Shown: in pieces, positions 26,606 through 39,066 of the stretch
Layout of the letters: each line of letters starts with the position of its first letter
Numbering within the stretch: the stretch's first letter is position 1
DNA from: Octopus sinensis
Lineage: Eukaryota
Length of the DNA stretch: 64,000 bases
Reading direction: 5' to 3'
Assembly (NCBI RefSeq): GCF_006345805.1
Contig: NC_043003.1
Coordinates: forward strand, 60,078,001 to 60,142,000
Notes under the pieces: model-generated
The model's input: only the letters and a program-made list of their open reading frames with translations
Databases searched by the model: none
What the model was told of the DNA's origin: nothing
Program-made: the position numbers and the translations under genes

Positions 26606-27108
26606 AACACACACACATGTATATATATGTATGTATATATACATATGTATATATATATATATATATGATTAAGATTCAGTTGAATTAGGCACTTAAATTT
26701 AGGCCCCTTACTAGTTCGGTATAGCCCGCACACACCAGTATTGCTTTTTATTGTGTGTGTGTATGTGTGTGTGTATGTGTGTGTGTGTATGTGTGTGTGT
26801 GTGTATACGTTAATGAATTTGTTTTGCAAGATTCGCTAGTTGTAAGAGATATTGCTATATTTGGGAATGACCCTTTTTTTTGCCAAATAAACACGCACAA
26901 TATTTATTCCATCTTCTTCACTTGTTTATTATTGTTCTTATCTTATGAACTTAGTCCGGAAATCTTTTGTCATATACCTGTGACCTCCTCACCGAATGTC
27001 CATCCCGCGCATTTCCTCCTTTGTAGTCTATCTTCTCTCTATCTATCTCTTTCTGTATACACACACACGCACACATGTATATATACACACACATACATAT
27101 ATATATAT

Positions 27109-27178
27109 ATGAGAAGGCGGCATAATGCACCCCTTATTCCTTCGAAATTAGGAATATGCAGCCTTCGAAACATATGTC
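27109..27178 (+). ncRNA. 5'-truncated hammerhead motif in a (TA)n-flanked insert (to about 27233)
   Basis: (CUG missing)AUGA-GAAGGCGGCAUA...UAUGCAGCCUUC-GAAAC-AUAU-GUC; palindromic ACAUAUGU and GUC triplet. Confidence 0.65.
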
Positions 27179-27995
27179 GAAAATAAAGGAATTTTGTTAA
27201 TTCGTCGTTCAACTCCATTCTTTCATTTATTTGTATATATACATATATATATATAAATATATAAATACAGACACACGCACACGCCCACACACACATATAA
27301 CACGAGAAAATAAAGGAAAACAAGGAAGGTTACATGGGATCTTTACCTAAATATATTACTTACAAAACATAGTGTAAATATAATTTTCTTTTTCCGTCAG
27401 TGGTTATTGTGTTTAGAATCAGTACTCATAATTATTTAAGAAATACGAAATTTGGAGGCGTTAAAGCTCAAAAATAGTTTTGGGAAATTCTGCTGCCATT
27501 CCTTCTTCCATTGCACTTTTCCGAAGATTTAATCTTTTATCTGCCTTGATAAGAAAATACTGATCAAGCAAAGAATCATTGTTGCTTTTTCGAAAATAAA
27601 TCCGGTAGGGAATAACCAAAATTTAATCGTGTTTCTTAGTTGTGAACAAAGGCGTTCAGTTGCATGAAATTGAATCTTTGCTTGCATACACACACTTAGT
27701 CACATAACACATATACACACGCACACACACATACACACACACAAATAGATACACATGAACACAAACATATCTTTTACTTATTTCACATAAAACACAATGC
27801 GCAAGCACAAACATACACGCATGAAAGCAAACATATCTTTTATTTTTTAGTTATTTCAGTAATTGGAACGCAGTCATACTGTAGCACTGTATTGGAGAGT
27901 TAAGTCGAATAAATCGATGCCGCCGCTGCTTATTTGGTTTTGTCAAGTATAATAGCTATTTTATCAGTCTCTTGTCCCAGTTTGCCAGTTTGCAT

Positions 27996-27999
27996 CTAC

Positions 28000-28073
<74 letters not shown>

Positions 28074-28074
28074 G

Positions 28075-28106
<32 letters not shown>
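27996..28106. repeat. (TATC)n microsatellite
   Basis: Direct read. Confidence 0.97.
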
Positions 28107-28107
<1 letters not shown>

Positions 28108-28515
28108 TGTGAGATACAAATAAGATGATAATTTATTCTCAAACGCATAGACGCTGATTGACCAGCAGAGATTGTATAAGACATTCATACAAAGCGGAAA
28201 CATTTGTCAGCAACCAAGCCATGAGACTCAAACTCACACCCGTTTGATTACCGATCAATTAAGTTAAACTGCCCACTCTGACTCTGTTTATTCTTTCGCA
28301 AAGTATGAATTTTACATTCTTACGCTCGCGCACACACACACATCAGACACGCGCATACATACGCCTGTATTCATCTATGTATGGTGATCTGAAGCCGCGC
28401 ATAATCCCAGAAGCTCTGAGTAAGGCCGTCACGAATTATAGTCTTCAAAAACACTCTATTGTATACTGGTTAGTTGTCTTTTTTCCAGGTTGTAAATCTT
28501 CTCTCTCCCTTTTTC

Positions 28516-28557
<42 letters not shown>

Positions 28558-28604
28558 AACACACATTTACACATGCTCGCACACACACACACAATAATAT
28601 ATTT

Positions 28605-29075
28605 TCTATTATTCTATTATACTTGTACTGGTTTCACCCAGAGGCAGGGGTAGAGCATGCTGGAGTGGAGTACCACCTTTCATTATCTTAGGATCTCCTT
28701 TCGGTACTATTTTGGGGTAAGAAGTGAGATGGACGAAGCTGCTCTTCTTTGTGCCTCTTGCCGCGATGTGGGCTCATCTGGGATTTCAGATAAATATTTG
28801 TCCAGGTACTTTTTGAACGCTTCCACATATACACCTTTCAGACCTCTTAGGTTCCTTCGCAGGATATTAAACAGTCATGATTCCCTGAAACCCAAGCTAG
28901 TGCAATACTGGCTCCTTATCTGAGATGAAGAAGATGGTGTCTTTACTATTATGCAGTGCCGTCCAGTTTGGTGGTTGGTATAGTTTGTAATTTCAAAGTT
29001 GGAATAACGCTGCGTATCTTTCTCGCCTTCTCTCCAGTGAGTAGAGCCTCAGTTCTAGTAGCCCTTCCCAGTAGC
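28605..29075 (-). mobile_element. CR1-group-like LINE 3' fragment (ORF2 C-terminus and 3' UTR)
   Basis: YWEGLLELRLYSLERRRERY and LFNILRRNLRGLKGVYVEAFKKYLDKYLSEIPDEP..RAASSISL, with stops. Confidence 0.8.
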
Positions 29076-29436
29076 CCCAAGCCAATCTTCTTTGTGTAGC
29101 GGCGCTAGATATTCTCAAGTACCGCCACCAATCTGACGCTCTGCGGCAGCCACAGTTGGGAGCAGTAACGAAGAAGAATAAGGACAAAGATCTTTCATAG
29201 GAGTAGCAAGGCATCCTTATTTCTGGTTTTGAATGATCTAAGGATCCATGAAGCAAATCGCTGGGATCCATCAAATCACTCGTTCTTCTTTATCGGAAGG
29301 TAGGGCAGGGCAGTCTGAGTTAAAGTTACCCCATATTTCACTGACACATTACAATTCTGATTGTATCGGAGGATTATCCTCGTGGCAAATGTTTTACTTT
29401 GTGGAGCATAAACAAATATATGTCGACTTTCTTTTT

Positions 29437-29522
<86 letters not shown>

Positions 29523-29530
29523 ATGTATAT

Positions 29531-29712
29531 AGGGAGAATTCACAAAAAACAAAAGACGAAGACAGGCGGTGTAGACAACAAACAGATGCTTTAGTATAAC
29601 ACTTGGGAAGTGAAAAAGTCTTTAACGTTTCGAGCCTATGCTCTTCCACAGAAAGGAACACAGAAAGAAACAAGGAGATGTATTTTTTTTTTTGTAGACA
29701 CAAAGACTCATT
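29531..29712 (-). mobile_element. (TA)n-embedded non-coding repeat carrying a hammerhead-like motif at 29620-29655
   Basis: Minus strand CUUU-CUGUGGA-A-GAGC(AUAG)GCUC-GAAAC-GUU-AAAG; second copy at 38719. Confidence 0.7.
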
Positions 29713-29734
29713 AATACATGTATTTATATTATAT

Positions 29735-29794
<60 letters not shown>

Positions 29795-30811
29795 TATATA
29801 TATGTATATATATACATACATATGCATGCGTATATATGTATACATATATATAAATATAGATATACACATATATATGTATATACATATACAGACATACACA
29901 TATACGCGTATGCGTGTGTGTTAGCATATTATTTTCCGCTTGTGTGTATATGTGATATTTTACTCATTAAGGCATCTGTGTATCATAAAACCAATCAACT
30001 ATCATTAAATATGTGTTAACCTAATTGAAATTGTGAATAACCGTTATAATTTATTTATTATCAAAATCGATAAACCAAAGAAAAAAAATAAATAATAGCT
30101 GAAACGACATCAATCAGTCTATAGAATTTTCTTCAAAAGCAAACAGCTTACGTATGTATAGCTTTTCTTTCTTTATCTCAGGCAGTTTTCAAAATAGACG
30201 CAAGTCTAGAATTTCGTTCATTATGAAGAGAGGTCAAAGTGTACATTGGTATTGAATACTATCTTCTAACGATGAAATGTCAGCATTTCCCCTTCAGGGA
30301 ATATGTCAAGAACGATGCCAGTGAATGGCTGCGATGTTTAAGTCATGTATATCTGACTCTCAAGTGCATTCCCATTGATGAAGTGAGTAGTCAGACCCTT
30401 TTTCTAACGATACCATTATAGTCGTTTGTCAAAATTCCTTTTGTGCATTGCCAAAGTGAATTAAAATTTTGCAGAAGAGAAAATCATTATTTCCAGATTA
30501 ATTAAAGTGTGATTTTGGTATTAATCAAAACGATACTTGTCGGTAAATAAAAGTGTAATTATGAAGGAAGAATTGCGTTAATAAATACAAGAATGAAGGA
30601 TTTTGATGTATTTTGTCAAAAGTTAATTAAAAAAACACATCACAACTATAATAGGTTATACATTCGGGAATATAAATGTATTGAATAGAGTGTTACATTG
30701 GTAATTACGTGAGAATTGTGAAAATTGATCGCAGTAGTACAAACATCAAGCTACATACATCTACACAAACACACACACATATGTATGCATGTAAGTAAGT
30801 ATGTGTAAGTA

Positions 30812-30943
<132 letters not shown>

Positions 30944-30951
30944 ATGATATG

Positions 30952-31317
30952 CTCTTTACTCTTATTCGTTTACTTGTTTCAGTCATTTGACTGCGGCCAT
31001 GCTGGAGCACGGCCTTTAGTCGAGCAAATCGACCCCAGAACTTATTCTTTGTAAGCCTAGTACTTATTCTTGCCGAACCGCTAAGTTACGGGAACGTAAA
31101 CACACCAACATCGGTTGTCAAGCGATGCTGGAGGGGACAAACACAGACACACAAACAAACACACACACACACACACGCACACACACATACACATACGCGC
31201 GCACACACACACACACACACATATATATATACATATATACGGCGGGCTTCTTTCAGTTTCCGTTTACCAAATCCCCTCACAAGGCTTTGGTCGGCCCGAG
31301 GCTATAGTAGAAGACAC
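30952..31317 (-). mobile_element. SINE family A, head truncated
   Basis: Tail, body and internal (CA)n(TA)n on the minus strand. Confidence 0.9.
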
Positions 31318-31397
31318 GTGCTCATATATATAAATTCTATGGATGTATATAGTTTAAATATGTGTATAGGTATGTATCTAAGCATGTGTGCCTGAAT

Positions 31398-31520
31398 TAC
31401 GTGGCCTCGTGGTTAGGGTTCGTACTAAAAGATGTGAGATCGTGGTTTCGATCCCTGGATCGGGCGGTGCACTGTGCTTTTAAGCAAAAGACTTCATATG
31501 ATTTTACTCTGCGATCACTG
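31398..31520 (+). mobile_element. SINE group B head, diverged
   Basis: GTGGCCTCGTGGTTAGGG..GGTTTCGATCCCTGGA. Confidence 0.65.
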
Positions 31521-31639
31521 CGACTTCTAATGTGTGGTACACTGTGAGTTTGCACATGTATGTGAATTTGATGGAGGTAGTGAGCTAATATATACACAGT
31601 ACATATATATCTTTATATATATGTGTGTATTTATAAATG

Positions 31640-31719
<80 letters not shown>

Positions 31720-34079
31720 GCACATATTAATTTAGAAGTATGTATATATAGAAATATACGCACGCACGCACAAACACAAACACACACGCACACACACGCA
31801 TATACAGTAATCCCTCGACTATCGCGAGTATTACGTTCCAAAACCCATCGCGAGAGGTGAAAATCCGTGCTGTACTGTAACATCACTTCTCTTTGAAATG
31901 ACAACAACATCATTAAGTAGCGATATATTGAGAGCTAAAAACTTCTCCACTGAAATTGAATTTGGTTTTCAGTCAACTGGCTTTAAAACTGGTATATTTA
32001 AAATCAACTCTCATTCTAACATCCAGAACACAGAAACATCACGTTCTCTAAATCTGTTTGAATTCATCACAAGAACGAAAAGTTAAATAAATTGGTAATC
32101 ATATTTCTTACATCAACTTCTACAATTTCCAAGGTTTTCCAGCAGATAATTCCAACATCCCAACAAAATGAATGTATACTTTAAAGATGTCTAAAGTAAT
32201 TTGAGTGCGCTGGTATTCGAGTTTTTTTTTAATTTTCTTTTTTTACTAATTAAGACAATTTGCAAATACTAGGAGGAAAACCTTTTGGGTCTTTATACCA
32301 TGACCATCCACAGATTCGTTTTTCAAGAAATATTCTACATAAACGTTTTAAGAAAAGCATCACATGAAAATCTGTCATTGATATTCACAACTTCCTCATG
32401 TTATATGTATTGGGTTGTCAGCAAAATCTATTCGTTTTCTTCTAGTTGGCGATCCATCAACATATTTCTGAAGCTAGGTAAAATTCATTCAAATTTCAAA
32501 AGTACAAAACAAATATTTTCGGATTGAAATAGAGCTATATATACTATAAGGCTCTACACTAGAAGTATTTTACGGTTATTTATAGAAAACTGGAAACGAT
32601 TAAATTAATGTTGAAAAAACAAAAAAAAAAAACGTAAACGAATTTATCTGACACGCCATATCAATTGCTATTTAAAATTTTCATATTTACTTTTAAAATC
32701 ATTGTTTCTTTTGTTCCTTTCTCCATATATACTATATGGTCCCTACCCACCTCCCATATTCTTTCCAATTCCTTTATTAATTAAACTTTTAATTCGTTGT
32801 TTAATTCCTTAATTCTTAAAATCTTAATAATTCCTAAGTTTCAAATTTAACCAACAATAACGTTGAATTCATCATCAAAATTTTAATTACTCATTAATTT
32901 TCACGTCTAATAAATATTGGGTACACGCTCACTCCATAATAACATTGGTGGTATTTCAGATTACAAGAAATTCTTAAGTTATTTACTTATAAGTAAAGAA
33001 TTTCTTCACTTATTATAATTCTTACTGTTAATGTTTAGCGTTTGGTCAGCTGTGGAAGAGCGTATACATGATCAAATGCGCAACAGTCAGAGCCACAATG
33101 CCTTTATGCCTTTACTATAGATGGTTCCTGCTATATCATCCAATAGACGCTTCCTTTCTTTTCAAGTCAGTAAGGAGTGAAATTTGAAGGAAATTTGATT
33201 TGATTTCTATTCTTCACAGATGCATCAACTGCGTACATGTTCTATCGTAGACTTACTCATGTAGATATATTTAAATCTAGCTTGATAGTATGTTGAAAAA
33301 GCTGGTTGAGTGGTTGTTAAGTCGTTAGAGTATGGGATAAAATACAGTTCTCTGCGTCCAAATCAGACCGAAGTCATTTTTGCATTTTCTCATTTCGAAC
33401 TCATTAAAATGCAAACACCGAGTACTGGCACAGCTCCCTCTCTCCTTCTAGCTATGATATTCGTCATGTTTATGTAGGTCAACGATGGGAGTGTCGAGAA
33501 GGTGTCTCTGTTTGCTCGTGACTATAGAGACCGCTTAAAATCATTAGCGTAACCTTGCTGCATGCTGTCAAGCTATTCTCGATTCCGAGTGACGGCCGCA
33601 TTATACGTTGATAGCTGATAATGGTAGAACGCTGGATCTAATGGGGCACGATACGTCGCCCTCGATTTGCAAACACAAACATCCCCTTATCATGGGTCAG
33701 TAGTGTCAGTGTCGTTGCTCCTCTATAACAAAATTAAGATCCAAGAAATATGAAAATGTCTATTTGGACATCGCTTAATTAATTATAAATGGTATCAAAT
33801 TCTGACACCAGAACGGCAATTTTAGAGGAACGGTTAAATCAGTACCCATCCAACTCCCTACTCACCTGGTGCCTATTTTTATCGAACTCGAAAAGATGAA
33901 AGAAAGCATCGAACTCAGTATCATCTAAACTCAAAATTTAACCGTGGACGAAAAGCTGCTAAACATTTTGTCCGACATGCTCACGATTCTCCTAGCTTCC
34001 TGCATTATATTTAATTAGAAATAACAGTACAACAACCACTTAACAAATGAAGGACAATTTACATAATCCACTAATTATA

Positions 34080-34350
34080 AAGTGCATGGTTCATGGTTAG
34101 AACATCTGACTTACAATTGTGGGGTTGTGAGTTCGATTCCAAGACCGGGCTGTGTGTTGTGTTCTTGAGCAAGACACTATTGATGCCAACTAATGTTCCC
34201 TTGGTTAACATCAGTGGCATCAAGAAGGGAGGCTGGGATGCGTGGTCGACTTCTAGTCTTCCATAAACAACCTTGCTCGGACTTGTGCCCAGGAGGGTTA
34301 CTTTCGAAGTGCAAATTCATGGTCACTCATGACCGAAGGAGGTCTTTACA
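34080..34350 (+). mobile_element. SINE group B, tail type 3, internally deleted
   Basis: Matches 24564 copy: GTTCTTGAGCAAGACAC, CCCTTGG.TAACATCAGTGG, GGTCA.TCATGA.CGAAGG. Confidence 0.8.
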
Positions 34351-34362
34351 CTATATATATAT

Positions 34363-34468
<106 letters not shown>

Positions 34469-34998
34469 CGTAACAAGAAAGTCAGGTTTGATCATAGCAC
34501 TTGACCCCAGGCTAAGTAATGTGCAAAGCAACAGCAAAAATATAAAAGTAATCAAAGACCTCAAAACCTTTGAATGCAAACAGTAACCCTTTATATATTT
34601 GGTTGTGAGAATTGTATGAAACACTTCAATAAGAAATATGCAAGAAAAAAATCGATATCTAATTTTCGCATTTATTGAATTATACTGAATATTTTGCTTT
34701 TTCCGAATTCTTTGCTGTTCCAGAAAATGCTTATTTATTTATTCGTTTGTTTATAATTCATTAATGATTATAATTTTACATGGTAATAAAACACTTGAAT
34801 TTTTCGTTTGAATTATATCTAGTCAACACACATTTATTTTTTCTCCTTCATTATAATAGTTTTAGCGTTTATCATTTACTATTTGGCGGGAACGCTCCTA
34901 AAATTATCAATGACGATAAGATAAAAATATGCAAATATAAAAAGGCAAGAATTTCATGAATGTAAGCCAAATAGTATCGTGTGTTTGTGTATATGTAT

Positions 34999-35156
34999 GG
35001 AGTGGTTGTGTGGTAAGTAGCTTGCTTACCAACCATATGGTTCTGGGTTCAGTGCCACTGCGTGGCATTTTGGGCAAGTGTCTTCTATTATAGCCTCGGG
35101 CCGACCAATGCTTTGTCAGTAGATTTGGTAGACGGAACTGAAAGAAGCTCGTCGTA
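34999..35156 (+). mobile_element. SINE family A 5' half
   Basis: Head and body ending at the internal (TA)n. Confidence 0.9.
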
Positions 35157-35176
35157 TATATATATATATCTTTGTG

Positions 35177-35207
<31 letters not shown>

Positions 35208-36011
35208 GCGGACAAGTAGTTTAGAGGTTTCCGAGTACTAATCCCCCAAACTGTGCATAATCCTGAACGAAAAAAAAACCTTTTATCATTCGATTAGCCA
35301 CTGTGACTTGACAACGTAAAAATACGAGATTTTACAGTAAAACATTCTATCGACGCTTTGTTAAACACAATATTTTCATCATTTAGAAATATCTTTAAGT
35401 GAAAGTGATTTTAAAATTGTAAGTTGTTTGTATAGTAGGTATTTATATTTTAGCTTTCTTTAAATAGACAATACTTTAATGATTTTTAAAAAAATTACTT
35501 GCAAGTGAATACCATTGCAAAAATTTCTTTTAGCATATTTAAAAATAATTTAAAGTGATAATAAATCTCTAAGACCCGTTCCAAACTTTAGGTTTTTCGA
35601 TTGGTTGCTATTTCTTTAGTTTTTTTCGATTGGCTGCTATTTCTAGCACGCCCTGCTGTCAAGTAACAGCTATTTGAGATAAGAGACCCGAAATACCTGT
35701 TACGTGCTAGAAGAGCGTGCAAGAAATAGCAGCCAAATCTTTTATTTTTATATGGAAATTAACCATTTACGCGTGATTTCGATGTCACATTCGTTGGAAG
35801 CATGCGAACTAACCTGGAAAAGAAAAAGAACCCACGAAATAAAAATCCATTGTTAGGAAAGAGAGTTTTCCGGTGCCCCAACGGGTCACGGTTAATCTAG
35901 TTTTATTATAAATGCAAAATAACACCACGGAGGAATCGACGTAAGCTTAAATAATAAACCGCGATAGGTGAACCGCGATATGGAGAGGGATTGCTGTATA
36001 TACTTATATAC

Positions 36012-36042
<31 letters not shown>

Positions 36043-36261
36043 TACACACACATATCTATATATATCATTGTTTATTTCTCAATCCGTCAGGCTGTCCATT
36101 TGTTTATGTGCTTCGTTGTCATCCCTTGTTTCTCTCTATCTCTCTATTACTAAATCTAATTAGTACACAAATATTCTGCCTAACATATATTTCGTCTTTT
36201 TCTATATTAATCCTATGAAATATCTGAAGTACTGCCACACATGTATATAAGACCGTTTCTC

Positions 36262-36620
36262 CGTTGATGAAAACGTTTGCCAAAAATGTTTGAAGATATT
36301 TGATGAAACTGTATCACTTTCGGTTTCATTTGTATTTTCCCTTTTATTTCTGGCTTCACTAAAGGTTTAATTCAGGTTTTACCCCTTTTACTATCGGTTT
36401 AACTTTCGGTTTCATTTGGGGTTTCCCCTTTTAGTTTCGGTTACACTTTCTGTTTCAATTGGGGTTTTTCTTTTTACTTTCGGGCTCACTTTCGGTTTCA
36501 CTCGGAATTTCTGTTATGATGTTTGAAGATGTTTGATGAAAATGTTTGATGAAGATGTCTAATGAAAATATTTGATGAAAATGTGCGGCGAAGATGTTTC
36601 ACTTTCGGTTTTACTTGGGA
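36262..36620. repeat. Patchwork of short motifs TTTCGGTTTCAC/T and TTTGATGAAAATG
   Basis: Several degenerate copies of each motif, interleaved. Confidence 0.7.
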
Positions 36621-37315
36621 CAAAATGAAAATTTATAAGCATAAGTCAAGTTTAGCCACTCCATCACATCATATATGAAAAATGACATCGATTAAATGGC
36701 AGCCATTTTCACCTTCGTGCGCCCTTACTCTTTCCAAAACTTGCACCATAACTCCCTCAAGAGATTCAGACCCCACTTCTCTGATTTCTGTATTAATGTT
36801 CTCCTTCAGTTGCACCAGGGTCTCCACTTTGTTGACATAAACCCTCTCTTTCAGGTATCCTCACAAGAAAAAGTCCGGGCTTCTCAAGTCTGTGCAACGG
36901 GAAGGCCAGTTGACATTCCCGTAAGGGGAGATTATTCACCCTCCAAAGCACTGCCGTAACAACTGCATTGTTTCTTTGCTGGCCGGGTGCAAAAAGGTCT
37001 GTCATGGATACCTGAAAGAGAGGGTTTACATCAACAAACTAGTGACAACATCAATAGAGAACATCAATAGAAAAATCAGAGAAGTGGGATCTGAAACTCT
37101 TGAGGGTGTTATGGTGTAGATTTTGGAAAGAGCACGGGTTGCCATTTAAGCTATGTCATTTTTCATATGTGATATAAGGGTATTGCAAAATTCGACTTGT
37201 GCATATTAATTTCTGTCATGTCTTTTATATTGTATCAAAAGTTCATGTATGCATTCGTAACGTTAAGGAAGTTATTAAGAATTGGATCACATCAGTGACT
37301 TTTAGGACACCCTGT
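36620..37315. mobile_element. Fold-back of two 3' ends of a Tc1/mariner-superfamily (DD41D/rosa-like) transposon
   Basis: Minus strand LRQCFGG*IISPYGNVNWPSRCTDLRSPDFFL*GYLKERVYVNK..ENGCHLIDVIFH; plus strand GYLKERVYINK..; right end GGACACCCTG|TA is TIR-like. Confidence 0.78.
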
Positions 37316-37324
37316 ATATATGAA

Positions 37325-37422
<98 letters not shown>
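37325..37422. repeat. (TATC)n microsatellite
   Basis: Direct read. Confidence 0.97.
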
Positions 37423-37529
37423 CATATGCAAACATATGCATACATACACACACATATATATACGCATTATATATTTATATACATATTGTTACATAAACGC
37501 GCGTTAATAAATTTGATCTGCATATGCAC

Positions 37530-37567
<38 letters not shown>

Positions 37568-37596
37568 GTATATATATATGTATATATAAATGTATG

Positions 37597-37657
<61 letters not shown>

Positions 37658-37713
37658 TATTAAGTTAGACATGGCCTGGGCCAATAATGGCCGAAACCTA
37701 TCAAAGTATCAAA

Positions 37714-37761
<48 letters not shown>

Positions 37762-37961
37762 TTCAAATTACGATGAACGTAAACAAACAAACGAATTTGC
37801 TTTAGAAGCGTTGAGATGTCTTAGAAAGTTAAAGAAGTGATTTTATATTTTCAAACGCAGGATCATGCTAATAACAGGATAAGCTACCTATATTTAGTTC
37901 AAGGAAGATATGAAACCAATAGTTTCTTTTCCAAAGTATTACGTTACACGCACACACACAG

Positions 37962-38023
<62 letters not shown>

Positions 38024-38027
38024 TACC

Positions 38028-38225
38028 GAGGGATCCAGCTGATCCGATCAACGGAACAGCCTGCTCGTGATATTGTCATACAAGTGGCTGAGCATTCTGC
38101 TGACGTGTCTATCTTTAATGTAGTTCTCAACGAAATTCATCATGACACAAACGCGCTGACAGTAATCGAATTCCATGAACTTACAATTGCGAACTTGATA
38201 CCTGAACCACTAAACCACGGGCTCT
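38028..38225 (-). mobile_element. SINE group B, tail type 1, deleted copy
   Basis: GATCCGATCAACGGAACAGCCTGCTCGTGA matches 3808-3840. Confidence 0.75.
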
Positions 38226-38438
38226 CACATATATACATATAAACTCAGGCATGCACAAATTCAAGCCACATTTATAACCTATAAATTGGGCGTAACTTTA
38301 TCTCTAATGAGGTTAAACATAGACCTTATATAACATGCCTACATTCATACATATTTCTCTCTTTCTATTCATGTGTGTATGTATGTATACATATATACAT
38401 GTATAGCATACACAGGCTCACCCACCCACCCACACACG

Positions 38439-38480
<42 letters not shown>

Positions 38481-38487
38481 CGTCAAT

Positions 38488-39066
38488 TCTTTTATACGTT
38501 TCAAGTATTTGACTGCAGGCATGCTGGTGCACCACTTTAGTCGAGCAAATCGTCCCCAGGACTTATTCTTTGTAAGCTTAATACTATCGGTGTCTTTTGC
38601 CTAACCGCTACGTTATGGAGTCGTAAACACACCAACATCGGTTGTCAGGTTGGGGGGACAAACTCAGACACAAAAACACATAACACATACACACATACAT
38701 ACATATTCATATATATATAGGGAAAGTTTACGAAAAAAAACAAAGGACGAAGACAGGTGGTGTACAAAACAAACAGATGTATTAGTATAACGCTCAGGAA
38801 TAGAAAAAGTATTTTACGTTTCGAGCCTATGCTCTGCTACAGAAAGGTACACAGAAAAAACAAGGAGAGAAAAAAAATGTGTGTAGTGGCTAACAATCTC
38901 TCATGGCGACGGGCTTCGTTCAGTTTCCGTCTACCAAAGCCACTCAAGGATTTGATCGGCCCGAGGCTATAGTAGAACACATTTGCCTAAGGTGCCACGC
39001 AATGAGACTGAACCCGGAACCATGTGGCTGGTAAGCAAGTTACTTACCACTTAGCCACTCCTGTGC
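38488..39066 (-). mobile_element. SINE family A interrupted at its internal microsatellite
   Basis: Tail half about 38488-38700, head half 38907-39066. Confidence 0.88.
38719..38906 (-). mobile_element. Second copy of the hammerhead-like (A6U) repeat, nested in a SINE's (TA)n
   Basis: Colinear with 29531-29690; minus strand CUGUAGC-A-GAGC(AUAG)GCUC-GAAAC-GUA at 38811-38846. Confidence 0.7.

Noticed and set aside
33050-33065. CTGTGGAAGAGCGTA, similar to the A6U hammerhead family core
   Set aside because: No stem II closure or GAAA follows; probably chance
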